Of a stretch of DNA of 32,000 bases, positions 1 through 10,649 are shown one piece after another. The position numbers and the translations under genes are program-made. The stretch covers positions 630,001 through 662,000 of the forward strand of contig NZ_CP097765.1 in assembly GCF_023585785.1 (NCBI RefSeq), in the 5' to 3' direction. This DNA is from Blochmannia endosymbiont of Camponotus modoc (GTDB lineage Bacteria; Pseudomonadota; Gammaproteobacteria; Enterobacterales; Enterobacteriaceae). The number at the start of each line of letters is the position of its first letter. The stretch's first letter is position 1. The notes beneath the pieces were generated by a model. It was not told the origin of the DNA. It made no database searches and worked only from the letters and a program-made list of their open reading frames with translations.

Positions 1-161
1 ATTAAGCAAAATAATGCTATGTATTACACGATTAGAATGTATGTACTTAAAAGATACGCAATTGTGCATTGCAACATGCTGATATTATAAAGATGTACAA
101 TAATAAATAATTTTGTAAAACACTGTCAGTTATAGTTAACCGTACATTATAGCCATTTATG

Positions 162-911
162 TTACCAATAACGTTCTTGAGTAACATGACCTGGTTTACA
201 TCGCAAATGATCTTGCATTCCGTATTTTTTATTCAATATTTCCTTAGTATCTTGTATCATTTGCGGATTTCCACATAACATCACGTGACTATTGTTAATA
301 TCCAATTGTAATCCTATTTTTTTTTCTAAAGAGTCATTTTCTATCAAATTAGGTATACGCCCAAAAAGTGAACCAGAAGATTCTTCTTGACTTATAATTG
401 TTTGCACATGTAATTTACCATTATAAAATTTTTGTAATTTTCTTATTTGAGATAAATAATTTAAATTTTTAGAAAACCTCACCGCATGTACTAATACAAT
501 ATTTGAAAATTGACACAATCTTTTATCATGATCTTCAAGTATTGATAAATATGGACCAATCCCTGTCCCGCTAGCCAACATCCATAAATTTTTACAATTT
601 GGAATTTCATTGAGTATAAAACGTCCGTATGCTTTTTTAGTAAGCATAAGAGGATCACCGGGACGTAAGGTACATAATAATGGGGTACATTTCCCTTCTA
701 GTACAGTAGCTATGTAAAATTCTAGATTTGGATTATGCGGAGCATTAAGATATGAATAAGCACGTTGCACGATTATATTATTTATTTTTATCCTTATTTT
801 AGTAAATTGACCAGCAATAAATGTATTTACTGGAGCTCGTACAATAAGACTAAACAACTGATCTGTCCAATTTTTTATATTAATAATTTTTCCGGTGACC
901 CATGTAGACAT
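162..911 (-). CDS. fpr: Ferredoxin/flavodoxin-NADP+ reductase
   Basis: 249-aa ORF. It has the FAD-binding motif RAYSYLNAP, the segment LMLTKKAYGRFIL, the motif ASGTGIGPYLS, and a C-terminus GNPQMIQDTKEILNKK...HLRCKPGHVTQERYW very similar to E. coli Fpr. Confidence 0.93.
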   Translation of the reverse strand: MSTWVTGKIINIKNWTDQLFSLIVRAPVNTFIAGQFTKIRIKINNIIVQRAYSYLNAPHNPNLEFYIATVLEGKCTPLLCTLRPGDPLMLTKKAYGRFILNEIPNCKNLWMLASGTGIGPYLSILEDHDKRLCQFSNIVLVHAVRFSKNLNYLSQIRKLQKFYNGKLHVQTIISQEESSGSLFGRIPNLIENDSLEKKIGLQLDINNSHVMLCGNPQMIQDTKEILNKKYGMQDHLRCKPGHVTQERYW

Positions 912-2393
912 AAAATTTACCCGTATTCAGTTATATTCAAATATTTCATCTTATTAAGTAACTTCATTGGTATGATCAGAATCAATATTGAAATTTGTAC
1001 TTATTATTATCTACCCCTTAAAATTTAACACAATATTCCGGTATAAAAATTTTTATCTAAAAAAATCAACATAAAATACTGTAATTATTGCCTATTCGAT
1101 TGAACGTAATTTTATGATATTAAAACAATAGTACATTTAATCAGATATTTTAATATTATAATTTTTTCATGAAATCGTTCTATGTAAAAGATCTTTTATT
1201 TATAAAATCAAACACTACAAATAATGTAGTGACTACTTTAGCGCCCTACTTATATAGTAGTAATATTTTGTGATTACATTCGTACACAACATGTATGAAC
1301 TGATCTATAGTAATTTAAAATTTAAATTATCCAAATCAATGTTACTTTAATGATTCGATTATTTTTAGAAAATATATTTTCATTATATATATAATTTTTA
1401 ATTATAATTTTTGTAAGTTTTACCGTCGTAAAGATCGTACATTACTATTTTATAGTAATAAATACACAACATTTATGTTAGTGTTAATGAAACTTACGGT
1501 CATAAATAAAAATACGCACTCTGGCCACCTTAAACACAAGTATGTTGCATACTTGTTATAAATTTAGTTATATTAAATATAATAATTTATTTTCAGTGGT
1601 TATAAATACTTTGAATACCTCATACAACTCATTGCTGTAATTATATAATCAACTATATGCTTCTCGAAAACACGTAAGTCTGTGTATTGATTGGATAAAA
1701 ATATCTACTATTATACAATTGCATATGTTGTGTTTATGAAAAAGAATGCAATTGCAAGTGTTGTATATTTTATTTAGTACATTTATTTATGCGTATAAAT
1801 GGTTATTTGTTGGTATCCTATATTCAATCTTAAAAATTAAATAATTATCATTTTATCAAAAATTATTACATAAAGTAAATATTTATATTATTTGATGGAA
1901 TTAGGGTGTTGAACGTTTGTGAGTATAAGTATATCCACTCATGTGGTTGCATATATTAATATCAATAGATTATTATGTAGTTATAAACATTATAAAAATA
2001 GTTTGAATTGTTATCAGAATCAATGTCGATGCATAAGATATAGAAACATTTTTTATTTCAACTATACATAAGTAAGAATTTTATTAGTTATTGCTAATAT
2101 ATAGCAACAATAAATCATAAATTACTTTTTGTCATTAATATTATCTGCACATACTTTTTTAAATATATGCAATAAATATTATGAATTTTGTATAAAATTT
2201 GTCATGAACTATGTATTTAAATAGGTTATATACACAATATTAATTTTAATGAATAGAAATATTTGGTTGTGCATGAACGTATAAATATTTTATGCCATTA
2301 AGCGCTATAAAATAAATTTATTAATTTATTGTTATTATGATATTATATCAGTTTATTGGAAACATGACTGTTTAGATGATATTAAAATACATT

Positions 2394-2642
2394 ATGAAGA
2401 AAAATGTGCATCCAAAATACAATGAAATATCTGCATATTGCTCGTGTGGAAATGTTATTAATACTAAATCTACTTTAAATCGAAACTTAAATATAGATGT
2501 GTGTAATTTGTGTCATCCATTTTATACAGGTACACAACGTATTCTAGATACACGTGGGCGTGTAAATATTTTTAATAAACGCTTTAATCTTTCTATTCAT
2601 GCTGATTTTTTGCCGATTGACAAAAAAATAAATAAAAAATAA
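2394..2642 (+). CDS. rpmE: 50S ribosomal protein L31 (track ORF starts at 2376; the conserved start MKKNVHPKY is at 2394)
   Basis: [27 protein letters not shown]...[15 protein letters not shown]...[10 protein letters not shown] matches L31 with all four zinc-ligand cysteines retained. Confidence 0.93.
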   Translation: MKKNVHPKYNEISAYCSCGNVINTKSTLNRNLNIDVCNLCHPFYTGTQRILDTRGRVNIFNKRFNLSIHADFLPIDKKINKK

Positions 2643-2937
2643 ATATAGATATTATTTATATAAAGGACGCTATGATGTCACATAGTTATCCATACTATGC
2701 TTTAATATAGAAAAAATAAATATGAGTTCATTAAATTTTATGGGTATGGATTGATTGATATTGATGTACATATAGATTTTAGTTGTTTCCAGAAAATCTA
2801 TATGCAATATAACTGTGATCGAGTAAAATTGTATTAAATCTAATCAATAGAAGTATTTTCGTACACATAAAAATTTCTATACTTATTTATAAAGTATCGG
2901 TGTTTTTAGGAATATAGGTCAGTTTTTAGTTATTATT

Positions 2938-4086
2938 ATGAATATAAAAAAATCTACAATCAGCGTTAGAAGTGGTTTAAATAGCGATGAGCAACATGGA
3001 TGCGTCGTACCTCCTATTACTCTTTCAACTACTTATAATTTTTTTGGATTAAATCAGCCTCGTCCTTATGATTATTCACGGCGCAAAAATCCTACGCGTG
3101 ATGTAGCTCAACAAACTTTATCAGATTTAGAATATGGAAAAAGTGCGATTATGACAAGTAGCGGAATGGCTGCTATTTATTTAATATGCTCTGCTTTGCT
3201 TGAACCAAACGATTTATTAATAGCACCTTATGATTGCTATGGAGGTACTTATCGATTATTGGATGCGTTAAACAAAAAAGGTGCATGCAAAGTACTATTT
3301 ATTGATCAAAATGATACACAGATTTTATTAAAATCGTTAACATACAAACCTAAATTAATTTTCATAGAAACCCCAAGTAATCCTATGCTCCGAATAGTAG
3401 ATATTCATAGTCTTTGCAACTTCCAGAAAGGTATCTTATATGTTGTAGATAACACATTTATGACTCCAGTATTTCAAAATCCATTAAATTTAGGTGCAGA
3501 TTTAGTAGTACATTCTTGTAGTAAGTATTTGAATGGACATTCGGATTTAATAGCAGGAGTAGTAATATCTAAAGATACATATATTTCTGAAAAATTAATT
3601 TGGTGGGGCAATACGCTTGGCATTACTGGAAGTGCCTTTGATAGTTATCAGTTGTTGCGTGGTATGCGTACTTTAATACCGCGTGTTTACCAACAGCAAA
3701 ATAATACCAAAAACATTATTGCTTTTTGTCAAAAACAACCCCAGATCAATGCATTATATTATCCCGGATTACCCAATCATCCTGGATATAACATTGTTTG
3801 TAAACAACAAAGCGGATTCGGATCAATATTTAGTTTCGAACTTAAGGGTACTAAAAATATTTTACTGCAATTTTTACGATCATTAAAATTATTTACGTTA
3901 GCAGAATCGTTTGGGGGTGTAGAAAGTTTAATTGCTCATCCAGCCACTATGACGCATGCTGCTATGCCAGAAAATGCTAGAAAACGTGCCGGAATCAGTG
4001 ATATGTTGCTTCGTGTTTCAGTAGGGCTAGAAGATAGCGACGATCTTATTACTGATTTAGAACAGGCATTTGCATCAATACAATGA
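2938..4086 (+). CDS. metB: Cystathionine gamma-synthase, PLP-dependent
   Basis: 382-aa ORF. AVRSGLN-type start (SVRSGLNSDEQHGCVVPPI), PLP-lysine region DLVVHSCSKYLNGHSDLIAGVV and LFTLAESFGGVESLIAHPATMTHA. It lies upstream of metF as in E. coli. Confidence 0.93.
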   Translation: MNIKKSTISVRSGLNSDEQHGCVVPPITLSTTYNFFGLNQPRPYDYSRRKNPTRDVAQQTLSDLEYGKSAIMTSSGMAAIYLICSALLEPNDLLIAPYDCYGGTYRLLDALNKKGACKVLFIDQNDTQILLKSLTYKPKLIFIETPSNPMLRIVDIHSLCNFQKGILYVVDNTFMTPVFQNPLNLGADLVVHSCSKYLNGHSDLIAGVVISKDTYISEKLIWWGNTLGITGSAFDSYQLLRGMRTLIPRVYQQQNNTKNIIAFCQKQPQINALYYPGLPNHPGYNIVCKQQSGFGSIFSFELKGTKNILLQFLRSLKLFTLAESFGGVESLIAHPATMTHAAMPENARKRAGISDMLLRVSVGLEDSDDLITDLEQAFASIQ

Positions 4087-4492
4087 GGTTTCGCCATACT
4101 ATTATGCACATTATTAATATTAACTAGTCTTATTATTAACAAACATTAACGGACACTTTATTATAAAGTTTGTTAATTAATTGAGCGCTCACAAAATTCA
4201 TATATATAGTTGATATTTTAAACAGTCATTTATATTTAATTAATGAAACGTTAGCTATTTAAATCTTATCTACGATACAAATTAAAATAATAATTTGTTG
4301 CACTAATGTAATATATAAACGAAATATTCTATCAATGAGTGACATTCATTAAAATACCCATAATACAGCTTTTTAGATTATTAATCTCAATGATTATTTA
4401 TGTAATGATGATTTTTATTTAAAACTAGCATATGGTCTATATAATAGATATAGGTCTATAAGCATCTATTTTATAGCTTCAAGAGAGAAAAC

Positions 4493-5386
4493 ATGAGTAT
4501 GTTCCATGCTGCCCAACAAGCAATACTAAATCAATATTTAGCTGAATTACAAGGAAATATTAATATTTCATTTGAATTTTTTCCTCCACGTACCGCTGAA
4601 ATGGAAAAAATATTATGGAAAACTATAAGCAAGTTAAGCAAATTAAATCCTATTTTTGTTTCTGTAACATATAGCGCTCATTCTGGAACACGAAATTATA
4701 CTGATAAAACAATTAAAGACATAAAAAAACGTACTGGATTAATAGTAGCTCCTCATTTGACATGTATTAACGAAACCCCTCAAGCCTTACAAACTATTGC
4801 TCAAGAATATTGGAATAATGGTATTCATAATATAGTTGCATTAAGAGGCGATCAAATAGAAAAAACCTATCAATCGTCTATGTATGCTTCAGATTTAGTA
4901 TATTTATTAAAAAAAATTGGAAATTTTGATATCGCAGTCGCCGCTTATCCAGAAGTACATCCAGAAGCAAAAAGCGCGCAGTCAGATTTAATTAATTTAA
5001 AGAAAAAAATAGATGCCGGTGCGAATCGTGCAATCACTCAATTTTTTTTTGATGTAGAACAATATTTAAGATTTAGAGATCTTTGTGTGTCTGTTGGGAT
5101 TGATATAGAAATTATTCCTGGAATATTGCCTATTTTTAATTTTCGTCAATTACAGCATTTTATCACTTTTACTAAAGTGAAGATACCGCATTGGATATAT
5201 GTAATTTTTCATGGATTAGATCATGACTTAGAAACACAGAAAATGCTTGGAACATTTGTAGCAATAGATATGATCAGAGTCCTTCTTAAGGAAGGAGTAA
5301 GAAATTTTCATTTCTATACTCTTAATAGATCAGATTTAACATATGCAATATGTCATACTTTGGGAATAAAAAATAATAAAATATAA
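4493..5386 (+). CDS. metF: 5,10-methylenetetrahydrofolate reductase
   Basis: 297-aa ORF with NISFEFFPPRTAEMEK, VAAYPEVHPEAKSAQ, DAGANRAITQFFFDVE and HFYTLNRSDLTYAICHTLG. Confidence 0.95.
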   Translation: MSMFHAAQQAILNQYLAELQGNINISFEFFPPRTAEMEKILWKTISKLSKLNPIFVSVTYSAHSGTRNYTDKTIKDIKKRTGLIVAPHLTCINETPQALQTIAQEYWNNGIHNIVALRGDQIEKTYQSSMYASDLVYLLKKIGNFDIAVAAYPEVHPEAKSAQSDLINLKKKIDAGANRAITQFFFDVEQYLRFRDLCVSVGIDIEIIPGILPIFNFRQLQHFITFTKVKIPHWIYVIFHGLDHDLETQKMLGTFVAIDMIRVLLKEGVRNFHFYTLNRSDLTYAICHTLGIKNNKI

Positions 5387-5833
5387 TATATGAATAATAT
5401 TTCAAAACTAATTAAATGATTATGTCCACCACAGATCATAATTTAAACATGATAAATTTACTTCTTAGATTCTTTTAAATATATGTATATCGAAGAGCTG
5501 AATTTTTAAACAAATAATAAATATCGTATTAGATTCATTATCAGTCAAATATATTACATATATTTTATGTGTATTGTATAATAAATTCTATATACAACAT
5601 TTTTCACTTGTAAATAGAACTTTAAAGAATATATAGTTATAAATGTTATCATTACATACGAAGGATAACACTCAACATAGTATTTATAAGAATGAAAATA
5701 TTTTTGAACAAAAAATACACACTCTATATTAAAAGATAAAATTAACAAAAATTATAGCTTACGTTACGTATATATTCAATTTATGTTAATTTTATATATG
5801 GTGTATTATAAATTAAATAATTAATAAAAATAT

Positions 5834-6667
5834 ATGACTTATTTTAAAAATACACATAAGCAACCAACAATATTGATATTAGACTCTGGGGTAGGCGGTT
5901 TATCTATTTATACTGCAATACGAAAGTTATTACCACATGTACGTTATTTATATTTTTTTGATAATCAAGCTTTTCCTTATGGTGAACACTCAGAATTCTT
6001 CATTATAAATCGTGTCACCTCTATAATTGAAGCTGTGCAAGAACAACATCAATTAGATCTTGTAATCATCGGTTGTAACACTGCCAGTGTAGTCTCATTA
6101 AAAATATTACAAAATAATTTCCTATGTCCCATTGTTGGGGTGATACCCGCAATTAAATTAGCGTCTAAATTAACTAAAAATGGCGTTATCGGTGTCCTAG
6201 CAACACGTCGCACTGTCAATCATGACTATACTTGGAGTCTTATAAAACGTTTCGCCAATAAATATAAGGTCATGTTACTAGGCACGTCTGAATTAGTAAA
6301 CTTAGCTGAATCTAAAATATATGGCGAAAAAATACCAATATCAATTCTTCGTAATATTCTCACCCCCTGGTTAAACATGAAACAACCTCCTGACACTATA
6401 GTGCTTGGATGTACTCATTTTTCTTTATTAAAAACAGAATTAATTACGGCATTGTCTTCAAATAGCTATTTAATAGATTCGAGACATTCAGTCGCTAAAT
6501 ATAGCTTACGTTTGCTACGCAAAAACGCAAATAGTCTCACAAACAACTTTTGTTTTTACAAACCAAACAAAATCTATTGTTCTATGAACACAGAAAAAGC
6601 TATCAAATTAAAATCTATCTTATTATCCTATTATAATTTTTTTTCTTTAGAAATATTATCAATATAA
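5834..6667 (+). CDS. murI: Glutamate racemase
   Basis: 277-aa ORF with LDSGVGGLSIYTAIR, FDNQAFPYGE, catalytic Cys motifs IIGCNTASVVSL and VLGCTHFSLL. Confidence 0.94.
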   Translation: MTYFKNTHKQPTILILDSGVGGLSIYTAIRKLLPHVRYLYFFDNQAFPYGEHSEFFIINRVTSIIEAVQEQHQLDLVIIGCNTASVVSLKILQNNFLCPIVGVIPAIKLASKLTKNGVIGVLATRRTVNHDYTWSLIKRFANKYKVMLLGTSELVNLAESKIYGEKIPISILRNILTPWLNMKQPPDTIVLGCTHFSLLKTELITALSSNSYLIDSRHSVAKYSLRLLRKNANSLTNNFCFYKPNKIYCSMNTEKAIKLKSILLSYYNFFSLEILSI

Positions 6668-7117
6668 ATTGAACACATTATCTTATTTCAATAAAAAATA
6701 CGCTGTTTGTTAGTGTAATTAGTAATCGAAAAAAATAATTATTACACTCATGAATAATAAATATATATTTACATTAATAGCAATTTATAGCTTCTTTGTC
6801 GAATTATTGCATGGAGTTTTATGTTTAGCATACAATATTGTATTCTAAACATCTATATAATATGTACCGTATGGATGTACTTATCAAGTTTGAATTAATA
6901 CTACATGGGGATGTATAACAAATTCAAAATAAACTGCAAAATAAACTTTTTAGAAAGCATGTTTTTATTCAATTATATTAATAATATAAAATCAATTATA
7001 TTATATATATGTAAATCTTATTTTAAACCTATTTAATTATGGAAAAATCAAATTTATAATTATATTATTTTATTTGCATGTTTCTGTAAAACTTGTTACA
7101 GTATAATTGATTGATGT

Positions 7118-7190
7118 GGGGCTATAGCTCAACTGGGAGAGCGTCTGTTTTGCACGCAGAAGGTTAGCGGTTCGATTCCGCTTAGCTCCA
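7118..7190 (+). tRNA. tRNA-Ala(TGC)
   Basis: GGGGCTATAGCTCAACTGGGAGAGCGTCTGTTTTGCACGCAGAAGGTTAGCGGTTCGATTCCGCTTAGCTCCA folds as a cloverleaf with TGC anticodon and 7-bp acceptor stem. Confidence 0.95.
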
Positions 7191-7326
7191 TTATAACGTA
7201 TATACAGAGTATTATATAGATTGTTATGCAATATAAATGAATATATAAGTGCATATGTACAATATTTTCTAATAAACTTAATCTATATTAGTATATGACT
7301 GTAAAAGTCATCATATAAATTATAAT

Positions 7327-7400
7327 GGTGCGGTAGTTCAGATGGTTAGAACATCGGCCTGTCACGCCGAGGGTCACGGGTTCAAGTCCCGTCCGCACCG
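7327..7400 (+). tRNA. tRNA-Asp(GTC)
   Basis: GGTGCGGTAGTTCAGATGGTTAGAACATCGGCCTGTCACGCCGAGGGTCACGGGTTCAAGTCCCGTCCGCACCG; anticodon loop CTGTCAC, paired acceptor arm. Confidence 0.95.
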
Positions 7401-7423
7401 TGTGCTTATCACACAAAATAAAA

Positions 7424-7497
7424 AGGGGTGTAGTTCAAATAGGTAGAACGTCGGTCTCCAAAACCGGGTGTTAGGAGTTCAAGTCTCTTCACCCCTG
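7424..7497 (+). tRNA. tRNA-Trp(CCA)
   Basis: AGGGGTGTAGTTCAAATAGGTAGAACGTCGGTCTCCAAAACCGGGTGTTAGGAGTTCAAGTCTCTTCACCCCTG; anticodon CCA, paired acceptor arm. It is adjacent to tRNA-Asp, as aspT-trpT are in E. coli. Confidence 0.94.
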
Positions 7498-7617
7498 TAA
7501 AAAATATAACGAATACCAAAGTTTATTTTTTTATATAAGAATGTTTATATTTGTTTTCTTTTTTTAATATTTTCCGTTAAATATGATTTTTTTATATAAA
7601 ACTGGAGAAGTATGTTG

Positions 7618-7664
7618 TCTAGTTAACACACGTCGCATAAGTAATACGACGTGTGTTAACTAGA
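7618..7664. repeat. Perfect 18-bp inverted repeat with 11-nt loop
   Basis: TCTAGTTAACACACGTCG - CATAAGTAATA - CGACGTGTGTTAACTAGA, read directly from the sequence. It lies in non-coding DNA 120 nt past tRNA-Trp. Confidence 0.93.
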
Positions 7665-8710
7665 TTTACTCATGTATTTACGTTATAATTCTATTTTTTT
7701 TAACTGTATAAAACCAATAAATAATTTAATAAACTGCAATTTTTTTTACATTCTATAATCTTTGTTAGTTATTATTACTCACAATTCCTCATAACAAACT
7801 AATTTGATAATTTAAAATTTTAAATATTAGAAATATATGTAGTATAATAGTAAAATTCACATGTTATTCTACTTGAAATAGACAGATTTTATTAAACAAA
7901 TTTAAAAAATAGAGCTTCGATTTTCTTTATACATTAAATAATAACTATTATCACAATAATAGAAAACAAATAATGACAAAAATTGGATGATAATTATAAT
8001 CAGTGATTACACAGAAATAATATTATTTTAAAAACATTATTGCCAAATCCAATTATATGTGATACATAAAAATATAACGAAGTTATATTATATAATTAAA
8101 TAAAATGTATACCATATGATAGTTTATTATTTACTAAAAACATTAGGAATAAAACAAGGTTCGATATTTTTTTAAATGTTAAGAAAATTAAAAATTTTTA
8201 CTTTTAACGTCATTAGGATCGTTTTTAGTATAAAACAAACGCAGAAGCCCAACAAATAATATTAATAATAACATATTTGAATTCGTATACTCATAAAAAC
8301 TCGGAAATTACTGGTTTAAAATATTATTGTTAGTTTTTAATACAATATATAATTAAATGGTTATTTCAAAAGTTAACTATCAACAATTATACGATATATA
8401 GCCATTTAAAAGAAATTCTATACAAGCAAACAATATTTCACCTGAAACCAGAAAAATTATTATATTATTTAATTTTAAAAATAAAAATATTTTTCATGCA
8501 GTTAGCACGCAATATATAGTCATTTTGAAAAAATAAAATTATTTTAAACATTTTTGCGTACAAATATTTACTGATATTCCAAATCTACTTGAATCTAACA
8601 AACAATATGTAATTTCCATACACTTTGTAATTGATTCAAAATCGGTTTATTTACATCAGAGACCTGATTAGATTATTATTTCATTCATAAAATCATACGA
8701 GGAAAGAAAC

Positions 8711-10351
8711 ATGAACGGAGCTCAGTGGACCATAAAAGCGCTGAGAAAAAAAGGTGTGGAAATTATTTTTGGTTATCCGGGTGGGGCAATTATGCCGATA
8801 TATGATGCACTGTTTGACTCTGAAGTAGAGCATTTATTATGTAGGCATGAGCAAGGTGCAATTATGTCTGCTATAGGATACGCTCGAGCTACTGGAAAAA
8901 TTGGTGTATGTTTTGCGACCTCTGGTCCAGGAGCTACTAACCTCATCACTGGATTAGCTGATGCATTATTAGATTCCATCCCTATAGTAGCTATTACTGG
9001 ACAAGTGGGATTAGAATTTATTGGTACTGATGCATTTCAAGAAATAGATGTATTAGGTTTATCTTTAGCTTGCACTAAACATAGCTTTTTAGTGCATTCA
9101 TTAAACATGCTACCTAATATTATTGATGAAGCATTTTTTATTGCTTCTGAAGGCAGACCAGGTCCAGTGTTAATAGATATACCAAAAGACATTCAATTAT
9201 CTACTGGCAAATTAATCTCAAACTACTATATTAATAAAAAAGATATTTGTAGTATTGAAAGTGATATAGAAAAAGCTCGAGTGCTAATGCTGCAAGCATG
9301 TCAACCGATACTTTATGTAGGCGGAGGTGTAGGTATGGCTGGAGCAGTAACTTCATTACGTACATTTATTTCTAAAACCAAAATACCTACTGTAGTCACA
9401 TTAAAAGGACTAGGTGCACCAGATTATACAGAAGATTGTTATCTAGGAATGTTAGGCATGCATGGAAATCAAGCAGCTAATTTAGCAGTACAAAAATCTG
9501 ATTTATTAATTGCGATAGGAGCTCGATTTGACGATAGAGTAACTGGACGATTACATACTTTTGCTCCACAAGCAAAAGTAATTCATGTGGATATTGATCC
9601 TTCAGAATTTAGTAAACTGCGCTTAGCAAATGTTTCTTTATCTGGCAATTTAAATGATTTGTTATCTGCGCTAACACAATCTTTGTCTATTGATCCATGG
9701 AGAAAAAAAGTAAAATCTTTAAAATTAAAGTATCGCTGGTCTTATCAATCATCTGATGATAAGATTTATGCTCCAACTTTATTACGAACAATCAGCGAAA
9801 ATGCCCCTTACGATACTGTGGTTACTACAGATGTTGGGCAACATCAAATGTGGGCTGCTCAACATATGCAATTCAGTCGTCCAGAGAATTTTATTACTTC
9901 TGGAGGCCTGGGAACCATGGGGTTTGGCACGCCCGCAGCTATTGGGGCTCAAATTGGCCGACCCAATCATATGGTGATATGTATTTCTGGTGATGGTTCA
10001 TTTATGATGAACGTACAAGAGCTCGCCACTATTAAACGTAAAAATTTGCCTATTAAAATTGTTTTGTTAGATAATCAACGTTTAGGAATGGTGCGTCAAT
10101 GGCAACAATTATTTTTCAATAAACGTTACAGTGAAACTACATTAACAGATAATCCCAACTTTCTTGTTTTGGCTAAAGCGTTTGATATTCATGGAGTACG
10201 TATTACTTATACATCTCAAATTTTAGACGCAATTAATATGTTATTTACACACACAGGACCTTTTTTGCTACATGCGCTGATTAATGAACATGAAAACGTT
10301 TGGCCATTGGTTCCACCTGGTTCTTCAAATGATGCTATGTTGGAGCAGTAA
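8711..10351 (+). CDS. ilvG: Acetolactate synthase II large subunit
   Basis: 546-aa intact ORF starting [36 protein letters not shown], with [20 protein letters not shown] and [14 protein letters not shown]. It is closest in memory to IlvG rather than IlvB/IlvI and is followed directly by ilvM. Confidence 0.94.
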   Translation: MNGAQWTIKALRKKGVEIIFGYPGGAIMPIYDALFDSEVEHLLCRHEQGAIMSAIGYARATGKIGVCFATSGPGATNLITGLADALLDSIPIVAITGQVGLEFIGTDAFQEIDVLGLSLACTKHSFLVHSLNMLPNIIDEAFFIASEGRPGPVLIDIPKDIQLSTGKLISNYYINKKDICSIESDIEKARVLMLQACQPILYVGGGVGMAGAVTSLRTFISKTKIPTVVTLKGLGAPDYTEDCYLGMLGMHGNQAANLAVQKSDLLIAIGARFDDRVTGRLHTFAPQAKVIHVDIDPSEFSKLRLANVSLSGNLNDLLSALTQSLSIDPWRKKVKSLKLKYRWSYQSSDDKIYAPTLLRTISENAPYDTVVTTDVGQHQMWAAQHMQFSRPENFITSGGLGTMGFGTPAAIGAQIGRPNHMVICISGDGSFMMNVQELATIKRKNLPIKIVLLDNQRLGMVRQWQQLFFNKRYSETTLTDNPNFLVLAKAFDIHGVRITYTSQILDAINMLFTHTGPFLLHALINEHENVWPLVPPGSSNDAMLEQ

Positions 10352-10352
10352 T

Positions 10353-10589
10353 ATGACACATTATTCGTTGTTTATAAAAGCCAGGTTTTGCCCAGAGGTA
10401 CTTGAACGTATTCTCCGGGTTATTCGTCATCGTGGATTTGAGTTACATACATTAAATATGTTGTCATATAGTAAGTTCAACAAGAAGAAAATAAACATTT
10501 TATTAACTGTTTCTAGCAATAGAGCAATATATTTATTATCTGCACAATTAAATAAATTAATGGATATACATTATATTAAAATTGAATAA
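10353..10589 (+). CDS. ilvM: Acetolactate synthase II small subunit (track ORF starts at 10284; the likely start MTHYSLFIKARFCPE is at 10353)
   Basis: Short ACT-type protein, ARFCPEVLERILRVIRHRGFELHTLNM, one nucleotide after the ilvG stop, as in the ilvGMEDA operon. Confidence 0.88.
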   Translation: MTHYSLFIKARFCPEVLERILRVIRHRGFELHTLNMLSYSKFNKKKINILLTVSSNRAIYLLSAQLNKLMDIHYIKIE

Positions 10590-10649
10590 ATTAAAAAATA
10601 ACAATTACATTCATACTTTCTTCGACTATATTACCGAGGAAGATATCAG

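Noticed and set aside
765-1028. Plus-strand 87-aa ORF
   Set aside because: It overlaps the start of fpr antisense. Its composition is AT-driven with no recognisable motif and no good start context.
3683-4142. Short ORFs 3683..3886 (+) and 3936..4142 (-) inside metB
   Set aside because: They lie in alternate frames of a strongly conserved CDS and have no independent similarity.
5554-5748. Minus-strand 64-aa ORF between metF and murI
   Set aside because: It is a low-complexity, Tyr/Ile/Phe-rich translation of AT-rich non-coding DNA and resembles nothing known to me.
8500-8710. Possible ilvL leader peptide and attenuator upstream of ilvG
   Set aside because: There is no branched-chain-rich mini-ORF and no GC-rich terminator hairpin with a T-tract.
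8773-9977. Alternate-frame ORFs in ilvG (8773..8979 -, 9756..9977 +, 9782..9970 -)
   Set aside because: They are contained in intact ilvG and are explained by codon composition. The IlvG frame is continuous through all three.
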